Assembly: GCA_034722055.1 (NCBI GenBank)
Contig: JAYENL010000277.1
Coordinates: 1 to 21,300 of the forward strand
Length of the DNA stretch: 21,300 nt
From: Armatimonadota bacterium
GTDB lineage: Bacteria > Armatimonadota > Zipacnadia > Zipacnadales > UBA5352
Reading direction: 5' to 3'
Position numbers and translations under genes: made by a program. The notes under the pieces were generated by a model. The model searched no databases and was not told where the DNA came from. It saw nothing but the letters and a program-made list of their open reading frames with translations. Positions 9,001 to 15,791 of the stretch are shown here, one piece after another. Every line of letters begins with the position of its first letter. Positions within the stretch are counted from its first letter, which is position 1.

Positions 9001-9670
9001 GCAGGGAGTTGGCGGCCCGCGACTGAGTGGGAGAGACGTCGCTCCCGAGCGCCAGCGTCAGCGTCCTTGTCTCGCTGGCCCCAAGCGCGATGCGGCCCGT
9101 GATCAGCAGCCACTTGATCGTGCGGTCCGGCCAGCGGACGAGAGCGCGCGTCTGCACCGGGATGAGCGCTTCGCCGTCCGTGAGGTTGACCCGCGCCGGA
9201 TCGCCCAGCGCGCCCTCAGGAAGCGGGATGCCGAAGGTGACGGGCTCGGTGCGGAAGACCCCCGCGGTCTCCTCGATGGTCAGCGGGACCTCGATGCGCT
9301 CCGTGTCGCCCTCGGGGAAGGGCTCCGGCGGCGCCACCTCGACGACCTCGGAGGCCACCTCTTCGTCGCCGGCGGTGGCGACCACGCGCACGAATCGGGC
9401 CTCGCCGAGCGGCACATCGGCCACGTCGAAGCGATGGTTGCGCAGCGGCTCGGCCTCGGGCTCAGTTGCCGAGCCACAGGCCCGGTCGGGGCCGAACTCC
9501 GCGCGGCAGACGGCCGGGGCGGAGGTGGTGAAGCGTACCAGCACATCCCACGCCTGGCCGTCCTCGTGCAGTCGAGGCGTGGCAGTGAAGTCCTCAATGC
9601 TCAGCCCCTGCTGCGCGGGGGCCCGGAAAGCAGCAGTCAGCAGGAACACGAAGACAGCGATGAAGCGCAT
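6065..9670 (-). CDS. Secreted multidomain PL26/PcRGLX-YetA-like protein (exo-rhamnogalacturonan lyase-like) with C-terminal carbohydrate-binding-like modules
   Basis: Signal peptide MRFIAVFVFLLTAAFRAPAQ and an Fn3-like N-terminal domain. PcRGLX-type motifs EPVTFGIPLPEG, QTRALVRWPDRTIKWLL, AVRDFWQNWPKSL, WYGLMNFGDW, WGNIEYD. Then a CBM4/9-like segment (PNPDLERGTEGW) and a terminal jelly-roll-like domain. 1201 aa. Family recognised from motifs, not from a search. Confidence 0.8.
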   Translation of the reverse strand: MRFIAVFVFLLTAAFRAPAQQGLSIEDFTATPRLHEDGQAWDVLVRFTTSAPAVCRAEFGPDRACGSATEPEAEPLRNHRFDVADVPLGEARFVRVVATAGDEEVASEVVEVAPPEPFPEGDTERIEVPLTIEETAGVFRTEPVTFGIPLPEGALGDPARVNLTDGEALIPVQTRALVRWPDRTIKWLLITGRIALGASETRTLTLALGSDVSPTQSRAANSLRETDALFEVTAGGTDTRLQIYRAHGTGMISRPEGINCPLPVSRLTAADGTVFTGRVESVEIEEHGPQRTVILARGHHVNEQNEPHFGFELRYFVRAGDPLVRIDHVLQHDIVSADMEYGDEMKSFRSLDLVFQTMGESAAVVLEDGQSAQIAPGERLFQYEDNAYELPDAEGTRAAGLATMSGLAVAVRDFWQNWPKSLEAQDGALAVGLYPRITPQDRYADRPDEHILYYYLRDGSYTFRAGFEKRHELLIGPAEAASTEQMLARVQQPLVVTAAPEWYTSSGALHNIAAAEGEFEAYNDILSDAIDGFVEVREREHWYGLMNFGDWYGERGNNWGNIEYDLQQALFTQYFRTGDRRFFEVAEDAARHNADVDIVHHAAGQKAGPGGPRRVGPAWVHCMGHTGGYYPYDYMDMSIYAQGYCENEGHMWNQGNLQYWLLTGDEQVHRAAMQLADWVAGPDTVDFGYGNARVPGWMGIIAMSTYFATYDEYYLNAMRLIYEEVQEKADPEAGLWVHKLGGGHCRCEEKHYGEAGFMAGVLMTALKYFYIATGDEEVAQRIVKIANWLVESLYEPRQGNFRYTSCPKTSISTTSPLIMGNGLGFAANYSGDERLMEITRNCFVRALVAFAGGAHGKTIGYGTCLAPMAIYEISRFPGPSLDEMIEALLAAARDPGRRPLPCIVPNPDLERGTEGWRVRSGLGLSHTSEVTHTGNGAAMASGTIEGQNEYFVTHYACGPPWEIMSLAPGETYRLQLWLRVDEIGEEAPPPTARVSVRSRGVTQRSFPTNEYDLSRMKTWQLLQTEFTVPEGTDAAYIAVNTETHEPQDVLMYLDDVAIVPADTAPRDTYAWPAVELTGAQLSGGARVEEEDILDGWQAVAAPNEAGSATVSIEVPFADTWRLLARAKSQEAEVSLPVRIDGEEVGALAVEPHQGWAWAPLMAGGEQAAVELQGGAHQMTVELPGGTDVMLQKVALSNAFAP

Positions 9671-9861
9671 AGGCGTGATCACTCCTCTGGGCTCAGTGAT
9701 TCGTGCAGCCTGGCGTCGAGACCTCCAGGCGATGGCGGAGTTGGGGCCAGCGGCTGAAGGAATAGGCCGGCAGCCGCCGAATAGTGCTCCGGCGGGCCCC
9801 AACTGCCGCCCGCAGTTATCTCAACGATAAGCCCTGTGAAGATGCGGGAAAGGTGACGCTG

Positions 9862-10893
9862 ATGGCCGACGTGATGGCGCGGATCAGGGAGAGAGTGGCC
9901 GGGCTGGGCAAGCGCATCGCGCTGCCGGAGTCGGATGATGAGCGCATGATCCTGGCCACGAAAACCATCACCGAGGAGGACCTGGCGCAGGTCGTGCTTG
10001 TGGGCCGGCCGGATGTCATCCGGCCCCTCGCCAAGGAGCATGGCGTTCCACTCAACGGCGTGGAGATCATCGACGTTGGCGACGAGGAGGTCCGCGAGAG
10101 ATGTGCGGACCGTTACTACCAGCGGCGGCGCGATCGCGGAGCCACTGAGGAGGAGGCCCGCGAGGTCATGGCCGACCCGCTTTACGCCGCGGCGTCGCTG
10201 GTCGGCCTCCGAGAGATCGATGGCATGGTCGCCGGCGCAGTCAACTCCACTCCCAACGTCCTGCGGGCCTCGCTTCGCTGCATCGGCTGCGCGGAGGATG
10301 TGGAGACCGTCTCGAGCTGCTTCATCATGACCACCAGATACCCGGAGCTGGGCGAGGACGGCGCCCTGATCTACTCCGACGCCGGCGTGGTGCCCCAGCC
10401 CAGCGAGGCCCAGCTCGCCGACATCACCATCAGCGCCGCCGAGAGCTGTGACGCCTACCTGGAGACCCAGCCGCGGGTGGCGATGCTCTCGTTCTCGACG
10501 CACGGCAGCGCCGATCACCCGGACGCGCACAAGGTCATCTCCGCCCTCCGCCTGGTCCGCCGCCGCGCCCCCGACCTGCTGGTGGACGGGGAGCTGCAGG
10601 TGGACGCCGCCCTTGTGCCCGAGGTCGCCGAGCGCAAGGCCCCCGACAGCCCCATCCAGGGCCGGGCGAACGTGCTCGTCTTCCCTGACCTGGACGCCGG
10701 CAACATCGGCTATAAGCTCAGCCAGTGGGTGGGGGGCGCGGGGGCCTTCGGCCCGCTGCTGCAGGGCCTGGCGAGGCCCGCCATGGATCTTTCCCGCGCC
10801 GCCACCGTCGAGGACATCGTAAACGTGACCGCCGTCTGCGCCCTCCGCGCGGCCCTCATGGACGGCACGATCGAGTCAACCTGCTGCGACTGA
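9862..10893 (+). CDS. pta: Phosphate acetyltransferase (short, catalytic-domain-only type)
   Basis: SD GAAAGGTG and ATG 9862. Motifs [70 protein letters not shown]. 343 aa. Confidence 0.93.
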   Translation: MADVMARIRERVAGLGKRIALPESDDERMILATKTITEEDLAQVVLVGRPDVIRPLAKEHGVPLNGVEIIDVGDEEVRERCADRYYQRRRDRGATEEEAREVMADPLYAAASLVGLREIDGMVAGAVNSTPNVLRASLRCIGCAEDVETVSSCFIMTTRYPELGEDGALIYSDAGVVPQPSEAQLADITISAAESCDAYLETQPRVAMLSFSTHGSADHPDAHKVISALRLVRRRAPDLLVDGELQVDAALVPEVAERKAPDSPIQGRANVLVFPDLDAGNIGYKLSQWVGGAGAFGPLLQGLARPAMDLSRAATVEDIVNVTAVCALRAALMDGTIESTCCD

Positions 10894-10904
10894 GGAGCCT
10901 GCTC

Positions 10905-11849
10905 ATGATACTGCGACTGGTAAGCTACCGCGCCGACGCCGAATCCCCTGTGCGCGTGGGCGCGCTGATCGACGATCAGCCCTACGATGTGCTGCAGGCC
11001 CTCGAGGCCGGCGCGCTGGACATGCCGGACCACGCCTGCTTCGGAGCCGTCGCCAGCCTGCTGGCCTGCCCGGAGTGCCTGGAGGTGGCGCGCCACGCCC
11101 TGCAGGACCCCGCTGAGGATGCCGCTGCCCGGGACGGGGAGATCCTCGCGCCCATCCCGTGCCCCCCGAAGCTGTTCTGCCTGGCGACGAACTTCGCGTC
11201 GCACATGGCTGAGAGCATCTCCCAGCGCCTGCAGGGCGGGGAGCAGAGGCGGGAGCTGGACACCCCGCGCGTGTTCATGAAGCCCTCGCCCAATACCGTC
11301 ATCGGCCCCGGCGCGCCGCTGCGGCTCAGCGAGATCAACCAGTGGGTGGACTACGAGGCCGAGATGGCCGTCATCATCGGCGCCCCCGCAAAGGAGGTCT
11401 CCGTCGAGGAGGCCGGCGATCACATCTCCGGGGTGACCATCCTCAACGACATCTCCGAGCGGGAGCTGAGCGTCTGGCAGCGCGAGGAGGCGCGCGAGTG
11501 GGACCAGTTCTTCGACTGGCTCAACGGCAAGTGGTGCGACGGCTTCGCGCCCATGGGCCCGTGCGCGGTGCCGGTCAGTGACATCGGTGACCCCGACGAG
11601 CTCGACCTCGCGCTGCGCCTCAACGGCGAGCTCAAGCAGCAGGCCAACACCCGCGAGATGATCTTTAACGTGGCCGAGGTGGTCTCGTACATCTCCCACA
11701 TCTGCACGCTGCAAACCGGCGACATCATCGCCTGCGGGACGCCCGCCGGGGTCGGCAAGCACCAGGGCATCCGCCTGCAGGACGGGGACGTCATGGAGGT
11801 CGAGATCCCGCCCGTGGGCGTGCTCCGAACGCCGGTCGTGGGGCCATAG
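10905..11849 (+). CDS. Fumarylacetoacetate hydrolase (FAH) family protein
   Basis: SD GAGGAG overlapping the pta stop. Motifs FMKPS, DYEAEMAVIIG, NDISER, GKWCDGFAPMGP, GDIIACGTPAGVG. 314 aa. Confidence 0.93.
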   Translation: MILRLVSYRADAESPVRVGALIDDQPYDVLQALEAGALDMPDHACFGAVASLLACPECLEVARHALQDPAEDAAARDGEILAPIPCPPKLFCLATNFASHMAESISQRLQGGEQRRELDTPRVFMKPSPNTVIGPGAPLRLSEINQWVDYEAEMAVIIGAPAKEVSVEEAGDHISGVTILNDISERELSVWQREEAREWDQFFDWLNGKWCDGFAPMGPCAVPVSDIGDPDELDLALRLNGELKQQANTREMIFNVAEVVSYISHICTLQTGDIIACGTPAGVGKHQGIRLQDGDVMEVEIPPVGVLRTPVVGP

Positions 11850-11954
11850 CCCCACCGCATCCCGGGCACCGAGTCGGCGTCGCTCCGGAGGCTCACGCTG
11901 GGTGGCGGAACTCCGCGCGTTGTCCCGCGTGCCCACAACTCCGGCTGCCCCGAT

Positions 11955-12027
11955 GGAGGGGCCGCCGCGAGCGAAGCGAGCCGTGTGAGGTCGCGAGCGG
12001 AGCGAATGACCTCACAGGTTCCACCCC
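11955..12027. repeat. Palindromic intergenic element (REP-like, possible terminator) between convergent genes
   Basis: GGAGGG head. Direct repeat GCGAGCGAAGCGA (11967-11979) / GCGAGCGGAGCGA (11993-12005). Perfect 9-bp stem TGTGAGGTC (11984-11992) / GACCTCACA (12008-12016), extended by GAGCC/GGTTC. Confidence 0.55.
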
Positions 12028-12064
12028 GGCCCACTGCTGGCGCCCTCGACGCGGGCGCAGGCAC

Positions 12065-12979
12065 TCAGTCCGTTTCGCCTGACTGCCCCTCCTCCCGCTC
12101 CCCGCTCTCCGCACCGGCCGGCGCCACCTGCCCGCCGATCCGGTAGCGCAGCTCCAGCTCCACGTCCGAGCCCGTCTCCGCCCGCAGCCTGCCCTCCACC
12201 TGCTGAGCCTCCTCGGCTGTGAGCGCCTCCGGCGTCAGCACCTCGGCCACGACACGCTCCCGGGAGTCCTCGCGCTGGATCGAGACCTCGGTCAGCTTTG
12301 CATCGGGGTGCGCGGTCTGCAGCCACGTCTCGATAACGCCTGCCGACTGCCGCGCCAGCCAGTCGCGCCTCTCTGCCGCGGCGTCCTCTCGCTCGGTGTG
12401 CAGAAAGCCATCGGCGGAGGCGACGCGGGTGGGGATCGTTCGCACCACCAGCCGCAGGGGCGTGGTCATCTCGCGCCGCAGGGCGTCCTCCATGCGCCCC
12501 ACCTGCTCCGGGCCGATGCCCGTGGGCGCGCGCACCACGGCCGTGACCACCGCCTCGCCGTCGGGCTGCTCGCGATGCACGTCCAGCAGCTCCGCGCCAG
12601 GCACCTCCTGCAGATGCCGCGAGATCACCTGCGAGACCGTGCCCAGGAACTGCCGCCGGCGCCGCTCGTCCGCCGCCAGCTCCCGCTCCTCCTCGGTAAT
12701 GAACACGGCGCCGGAGCGGTCAACGTCGCGAGAGATCAACGAGCGGATGATCAGATGCACGTCGCGGTTGAGCGTCTCCGCCAGTGCCTCCTCCACATCC
12801 TCCACCTGCGGTGGCTCGAAGGCCCGACGCGTCATTACAGTGGCCGTCACCCGCAGCGCGGAGTCCCTGCGCTGGAAGTCGATGTCCGAGAGGCGCGCCC
12901 CGGCGCTGGTCTCCACCTGCCGTGTGAGGGCCTCCTCGATCCTCGCCGAGAGACGCTCGTCGGCGATGAGACCCAGCAT
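12065..12979 (-). CDS. C-terminal soluble portion of the DUF389 protein (three tandem ~95-aa domains); separate ORF only because of the TAG
   Basis: Typical coding composition and three internal repeats. No convincing SD before ATG 12979. Confidence 0.55.
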   Translation of the reverse strand: MLGLIADERLSARIEEALTRQVETSAGARLSDIDFQRRDSALRVTATVMTRRAFEPPQVEDVEEALAETLNRDVHLIIRSLISRDVDRSGAVFITEEERELAADERRRRQFLGTVSQVISRHLQEVPGAELLDVHREQPDGEAVVTAVVRAPTGIGPEQVGRMEDALRREMTTPLRLVVRTIPTRVASADGFLHTEREDAAAERRDWLARQSAGVIETWLQTAHPDAKLTEVSIQREDSRERVVAEVLTPEALTAEEAQQVEGRLRAETGSDVELELRYRIGGQVAPAGAESGEREEGQSGETD

Positions 12980-12994
12980 CGTGCGGCCCAGGAA

Positions 12995-13723
12995 CTATCC
13001 CACCACGATCAGCGCCGCGATGCTGGGCCAGAAGCGCCGCAGGAAGTCACCCAGATCGGGGCCGTCCTCCTGGGGCTCGCGCCGCCTCTCGCGCTGCACG
13101 CGCAGCGTGCCGAAGAGCGAGAAGACGGCTGCGGAGGCGAGCTGGATGGCGAAGAAGTTGGCCGCGAACAGCATCATCGCGCCCGCGGCCATCTGCCAGC
13201 GCATCGTCGCCATCGACAGCCCGCACGCCGCCAGTGGCGGGAGCAGAGCCACAGCCACGGCCACGCCCGGAAGCGCCGGGGACACTCGCTCGTCAACCAG
13301 GGCATAGGCCCCGGCCAGCCCGGAGGCCAGCGCGATGGCCAGGTCGAAGAGCGTGGGGTGCGTGCGCATCAGCCACTCGGTGCCTGGAGGCAGGCGCAGC
13401 GGCACCAGGCCGATCACCGCGGCCACGGCCAGCGCCAGGAGGATGCCGAACAGCTCCGACTGGATGGCAGTCCACAGTAGCCGCCGGTTGCCGCTGGTCA
13501 GCGCCAGGGCGATGCCGAAGATGGGGCCCATCAGTGGCGCCACCAGCATGGCGCCGATGACCACCGCGGCGCTGTTGATGATCAGCCCGTAGGCGGCGAT
13601 GATCGTGGACAGCGCCACCATGATGTAGAACGCGCCGCCGGGCTGCGAGAGGTCGGCCACGTCCTCGTAGATCTCGCGCCTGCGCTTGGGCTTGATGTCG
13701 GTGTGTCCGCCGAATATCCCCAT
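12995..13723 (-). CDS. DUF389 integral membrane domain (N-terminal fragment)
   Basis: SD GGAGGT. DUF389 motifs NSAAVVIGAMLVAPLMGPI, RTHPTLFDLAIALASGLAG, LPGVAVAVALLPPL. Confidence 0.8.
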   Translation of the reverse strand: MGIFGGHTDIKPKRRREIYEDVADLSQPGGAFYIMVALSTIIAAYGLIINSAAVVIGAMLVAPLMGPIFGIALALTSGNRRLLWTAIQSELFGILLALAVAAVIGLVPLRLPPGTEWLMRTHPTLFDLAIALASGLAGAYALVDERVSPALPGVAVAVALLPPLAACGLSMATMRWQMAAGAMMLFAANFFAIQLASAAVFSLFGTLRVQRERRREPQEDGPDLGDFLRRFWPSIAALIVVG

Positions 13724-13747
13724 GCCGCCACCTCCCCGGCCCGGTCC

Positions 13748-15172
13748 TTAATACAGCGCCACGCGCGGCGCCTGCGGCTGGGCCTGAAGCGATCGCGTCA
13801 GCGCCAGGCGCCGCATCTCCGCCAGCGCCTCCCGCGCATCCCGCTCTCCGGCAAGGTTGTGCAGCTCGTCCGGATCCGCCTGCAGGTCGAACAGCAGCTC
13901 TGCGCCGCCGGTGTTGGCCGAGTACATGAGCTCCCGGGTGCGAACGTGCGCCCATGAGGCGCCACCCGGCGAGGAGTACTGCGCGTAGACCGACTCCCGC
14001 GCCGCCGCCATCTCGCCCTCCAGCAGCGGGCGCATCGACCGCCCCTGCAGCTCCGGCTCCCGCACCACTCCCGCGTAGTCGAGCAGCGTGGGGACCAGGT
14101 CCACGGCCTCCACAAGGCCGTTCACGCGGCGGCCGGCCTCGATCTCCCCGGGATAGCAGATCAGGCAGGGAACGCGCATGATGCAGTCGTATCCCGGCAT
14201 CCCCTTGCCGAACTTGCCGTGATCGCCCATGTAGTCGCCGTGATCGCTGGTGAACACCACCATGGTGTCCTGCATGATCCCCAGCTCGTCGAGGGCGTCC
14301 AGGATGCGCCCCACGTTGCGGTCCACGTCACTGACCATGGCGTAGTAGTGCCGGCGGATCTCCTGAAAGTCCCCGTCGCTGAGGCCCTCCGCAGTCGGCG
14401 CCAGCCCCTCGTGCTCGGCGCGCACCGGCAGCGGGATGTCCTCGACATCGTAGAGGTCCAGGCAGCACTGCGGCGGGATCAGCGGGGAGTGGGGGTGATA
14501 GAAGCCTGCGAAGAGCATGAAGGGCCGGTCGCCGCGCTCCCGGATGAACTGCACGCTCCGGTCGGCCACGAAGCAGGCGTTGGTGAGGCTCTCATCCGCC
14601 TCGAATGTCTTCGGCACGAATCCCTCGCGAGGCTCCGGCGGCTCCACGGTGCCCTCCCAGCGCATCATCTGCTCCCAGGTCGCACGCGCCGGCGGCAGGC
14701 CGCAGTTGATGGCATCGAGCTGCGAGGGGGCCTGCTCGCGAACCCACTCTTGGTAGGCATCGCGATAGCAGCCCGGCTCGTCGCAGATCTGGAGCTGGTC
14801 GAAGCCGTAGGCCGGATGGGCCCTGCGGTGATCGCGGGCTGAGTGGGGGAGGAAGTGCAGCTTCCCGATGACGCCCGTGAAGTAGCCGGCGTCGCCCAGC
14901 ATGTGCTGGATGCAGCGCATCTCGCGCGGCATCTCGATGCCGTTGCAGGTGACCGTGGTGGCCTGCGGGTATCGCCCCGAGAGCATCGATGCGCGCGATG
15001 GCATGCATACGGGGTTCTGCACGTAGAAGCGCTCCAGCAGCGCTCCGCGCTCGGCGAGCCGGTCGAGGTTCGGGGTGTGCATCACCTCGTTGCCGGCGGC
15101 GCGGATGGTGTCGTAACGCTGCTGGTCGGTGTGCAGAATCACGATGTTCGGGCGCTGCGACGGACGGCGCAT
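13748..15172 (-). CDS. Cytoplasmic S1 sulfatase (choline-sulfatase/arylsulfatase A-like)
   Basis: SD GGGAGG and ATG 15172. Motifs RPNIVILHTDQQRYD, CMPSRASMLSG (CxPxR), GKLH, PHSP, FTSDHGD, LFDLQADPDELHNL. No signal peptide. 474 aa. Confidence 0.93.
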   Translation of the reverse strand: MRRPSQRPNIVILHTDQQRYDTIRAAGNEVMHTPNLDRLAERGALLERFYVQNPVCMPSRASMLSGRYPQATTVTCNGIEMPREMRCIQHMLGDAGYFTGVIGKLHFLPHSARDHRRAHPAYGFDQLQICDEPGCYRDAYQEWVREQAPSQLDAINCGLPPARATWEQMMRWEGTVEPPEPREGFVPKTFEADESLTNACFVADRSVQFIRERGDRPFMLFAGFYHPHSPLIPPQCCLDLYDVEDIPLPVRAEHEGLAPTAEGLSDGDFQEIRRHYYAMVSDVDRNVGRILDALDELGIMQDTMVVFTSDHGDYMGDHGKFGKGMPGYDCIMRVPCLICYPGEIEAGRRVNGLVEAVDLVPTLLDYAGVVREPELQGRSMRPLLEGEMAAARESVYAQYSSPGGASWAHVRTRELMYSANTGGAELLFDLQADPDELHNLAGERDAREALAEMRRLALTRSLQAQPQAPRVALY

Positions 15173-15269
15173 GGCCGGTCCCTCCCGGTCTCTCAGTTCG
15201 CGTACGCGGTTCAGTTCGGCGTGCGCCCGTCGTCTCCCTGTGCGGCCGGTCACTCAATCCCGTACACGC

Positions 15270-15294
15270 AAACGGGCCGGCCAGCGCCGGCCCG
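15270..15294 (-). terminator. Probable intrinsic terminator of rpsT
   Basis: Perfect 9-bp stem CGGGCCGGC/GCCGGCCCG (15273-15294) with a 4-nt loop, followed on the minus strand by TTTGCGTGT (short U-tract). Lies 20 nt after the rpsT stop. Confidence 0.6.
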
Positions 15295-15314
15295 GCCCAT
15301 CCCGCTGCTCGCGA

Positions 15315-15587
15315 CTACTCCTGGCCCAGTATCCGCCGGACCCGCGCGACCAGCCGCGCCTTCCGCCGATCCGCAGTGTTCCTGTGGATGACCCCGCGCT
15401 GGGCGGCCTTGTCAATGGCCTTCTGGGCCGCCGGCATGGCGTCCTTAACGGCGTCGGCGTCGCCGGCCTCGGCGGCCTCCAGGACCTCCCGGACGGCCTG
15501 CTTCATCGCCCTTTTGCGGATGCGATTGCGGTGCGTGCGCTTGCCCGTCTGGCGCAGGTGCTTCTCCATCTGTGCCCGCTGCGGCAT
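15315..15587 (-). CDS. rpsT: 30S ribosomal protein S20
   Basis: 90 aa, basic. Contains RQ..KR..RNR..K..MK.AV and AQKAIDKAAQRGVIHRNTADRRKARL. SD GAGGAG. Confidence 0.93.
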   Translation of the reverse strand: MPQRAQMEKHLRQTGKRTHRNRIRKRAMKQAVREVLEAAEAGDADAVKDAMPAAQKAIDKAAQRGVIHRNTADRRKARLVARVRRILGQE

Positions 15588-15664
15588 GTTGCTGGGGCTC
15601 CCTCACATGACATGCGCCGCTTGTGTCTTCACAAGCGGCGGTGATTGCCTCCTGTGCGCCTGCG

Positions 15665-15693
15665 AGTATAGCATAATGCCCTGGCACCTGCAA
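15665..15693 (-). promoter_or_regulatory. Housekeeping sigma70-type promoter for rpsT
   Basis: On the minus strand: TTGCAG (15693-15688), 17-nt spacer ending TGc, TATACT (15670-15665). Extended -10 present. Confidence 0.75.
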
Positions 15694-15762
15694 GCACACC
15701 CAACTGGCCGCGTGCACTTGCTCACGAACAGTCTCCCGACGAGGTGCTCCCCGACCGCGGGA

Positions 15763-15791
15763 TTAACAGATCGGCCTCCGTGTGGTATCAT
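15763..15791 (+). promoter_or_regulatory. Housekeeping sigma70-type promoter for the moxR/bat operon
   Basis: TTAACA (15763-15768), 17-nt spacer ending TGg, TATCAT (15786-15791). Extended -10 present. Confidence 0.72.

Larger units (their letters stand above)
12065..13723 (-). pseudogene. DUF389 (TIGR00341-like) membrane protein gene interrupted by one in-frame TAG (nonsense mutation, sequencing error or readthrough)
   Basis: ORFs 12995-13723 and 12065-12979 are in the same frame, separated only by TAG (12995-12997) and five sense codons: ...ALIVVG*FLGRTMLGLI... The joined product would be 552 aa. Confidence 0.75.

Noticed and set aside
5822..9757. 1311-aa plus-strand ORF antisense to the lyase-like gene
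   Set aside because: It is in exact codon register with the sense gene, so stops would need TTA/CTA/TCA sense codons, which are rare at this GC. The translation has no recognisable motifs. Treated as a shadow ORF.
9728..9760. GGCGATGG start similar to a fluoride riboswitch
   Set aside because: The required short P1 stem and downstream GCTGATGAC-type pseudoknot partner are absent, and the adjacent genes are not typical fluoride-response genes.
11978..12021. Resemblance to group II intron domain V (GAGCCG...GGTTC)
   Set aside because: It lacks the GNRA tetraloop and the AC bulge, and there is no domain VI, intron body or reverse transcriptase nearby.
4858..15317. Genome-wide TAG recoding as the explanation for the DUF389 stop
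   Set aside because: rpsT, the FAH gene and the carboxypeptidase terminate at TAG at the expected protein ends, and no pyl genes are in the window.
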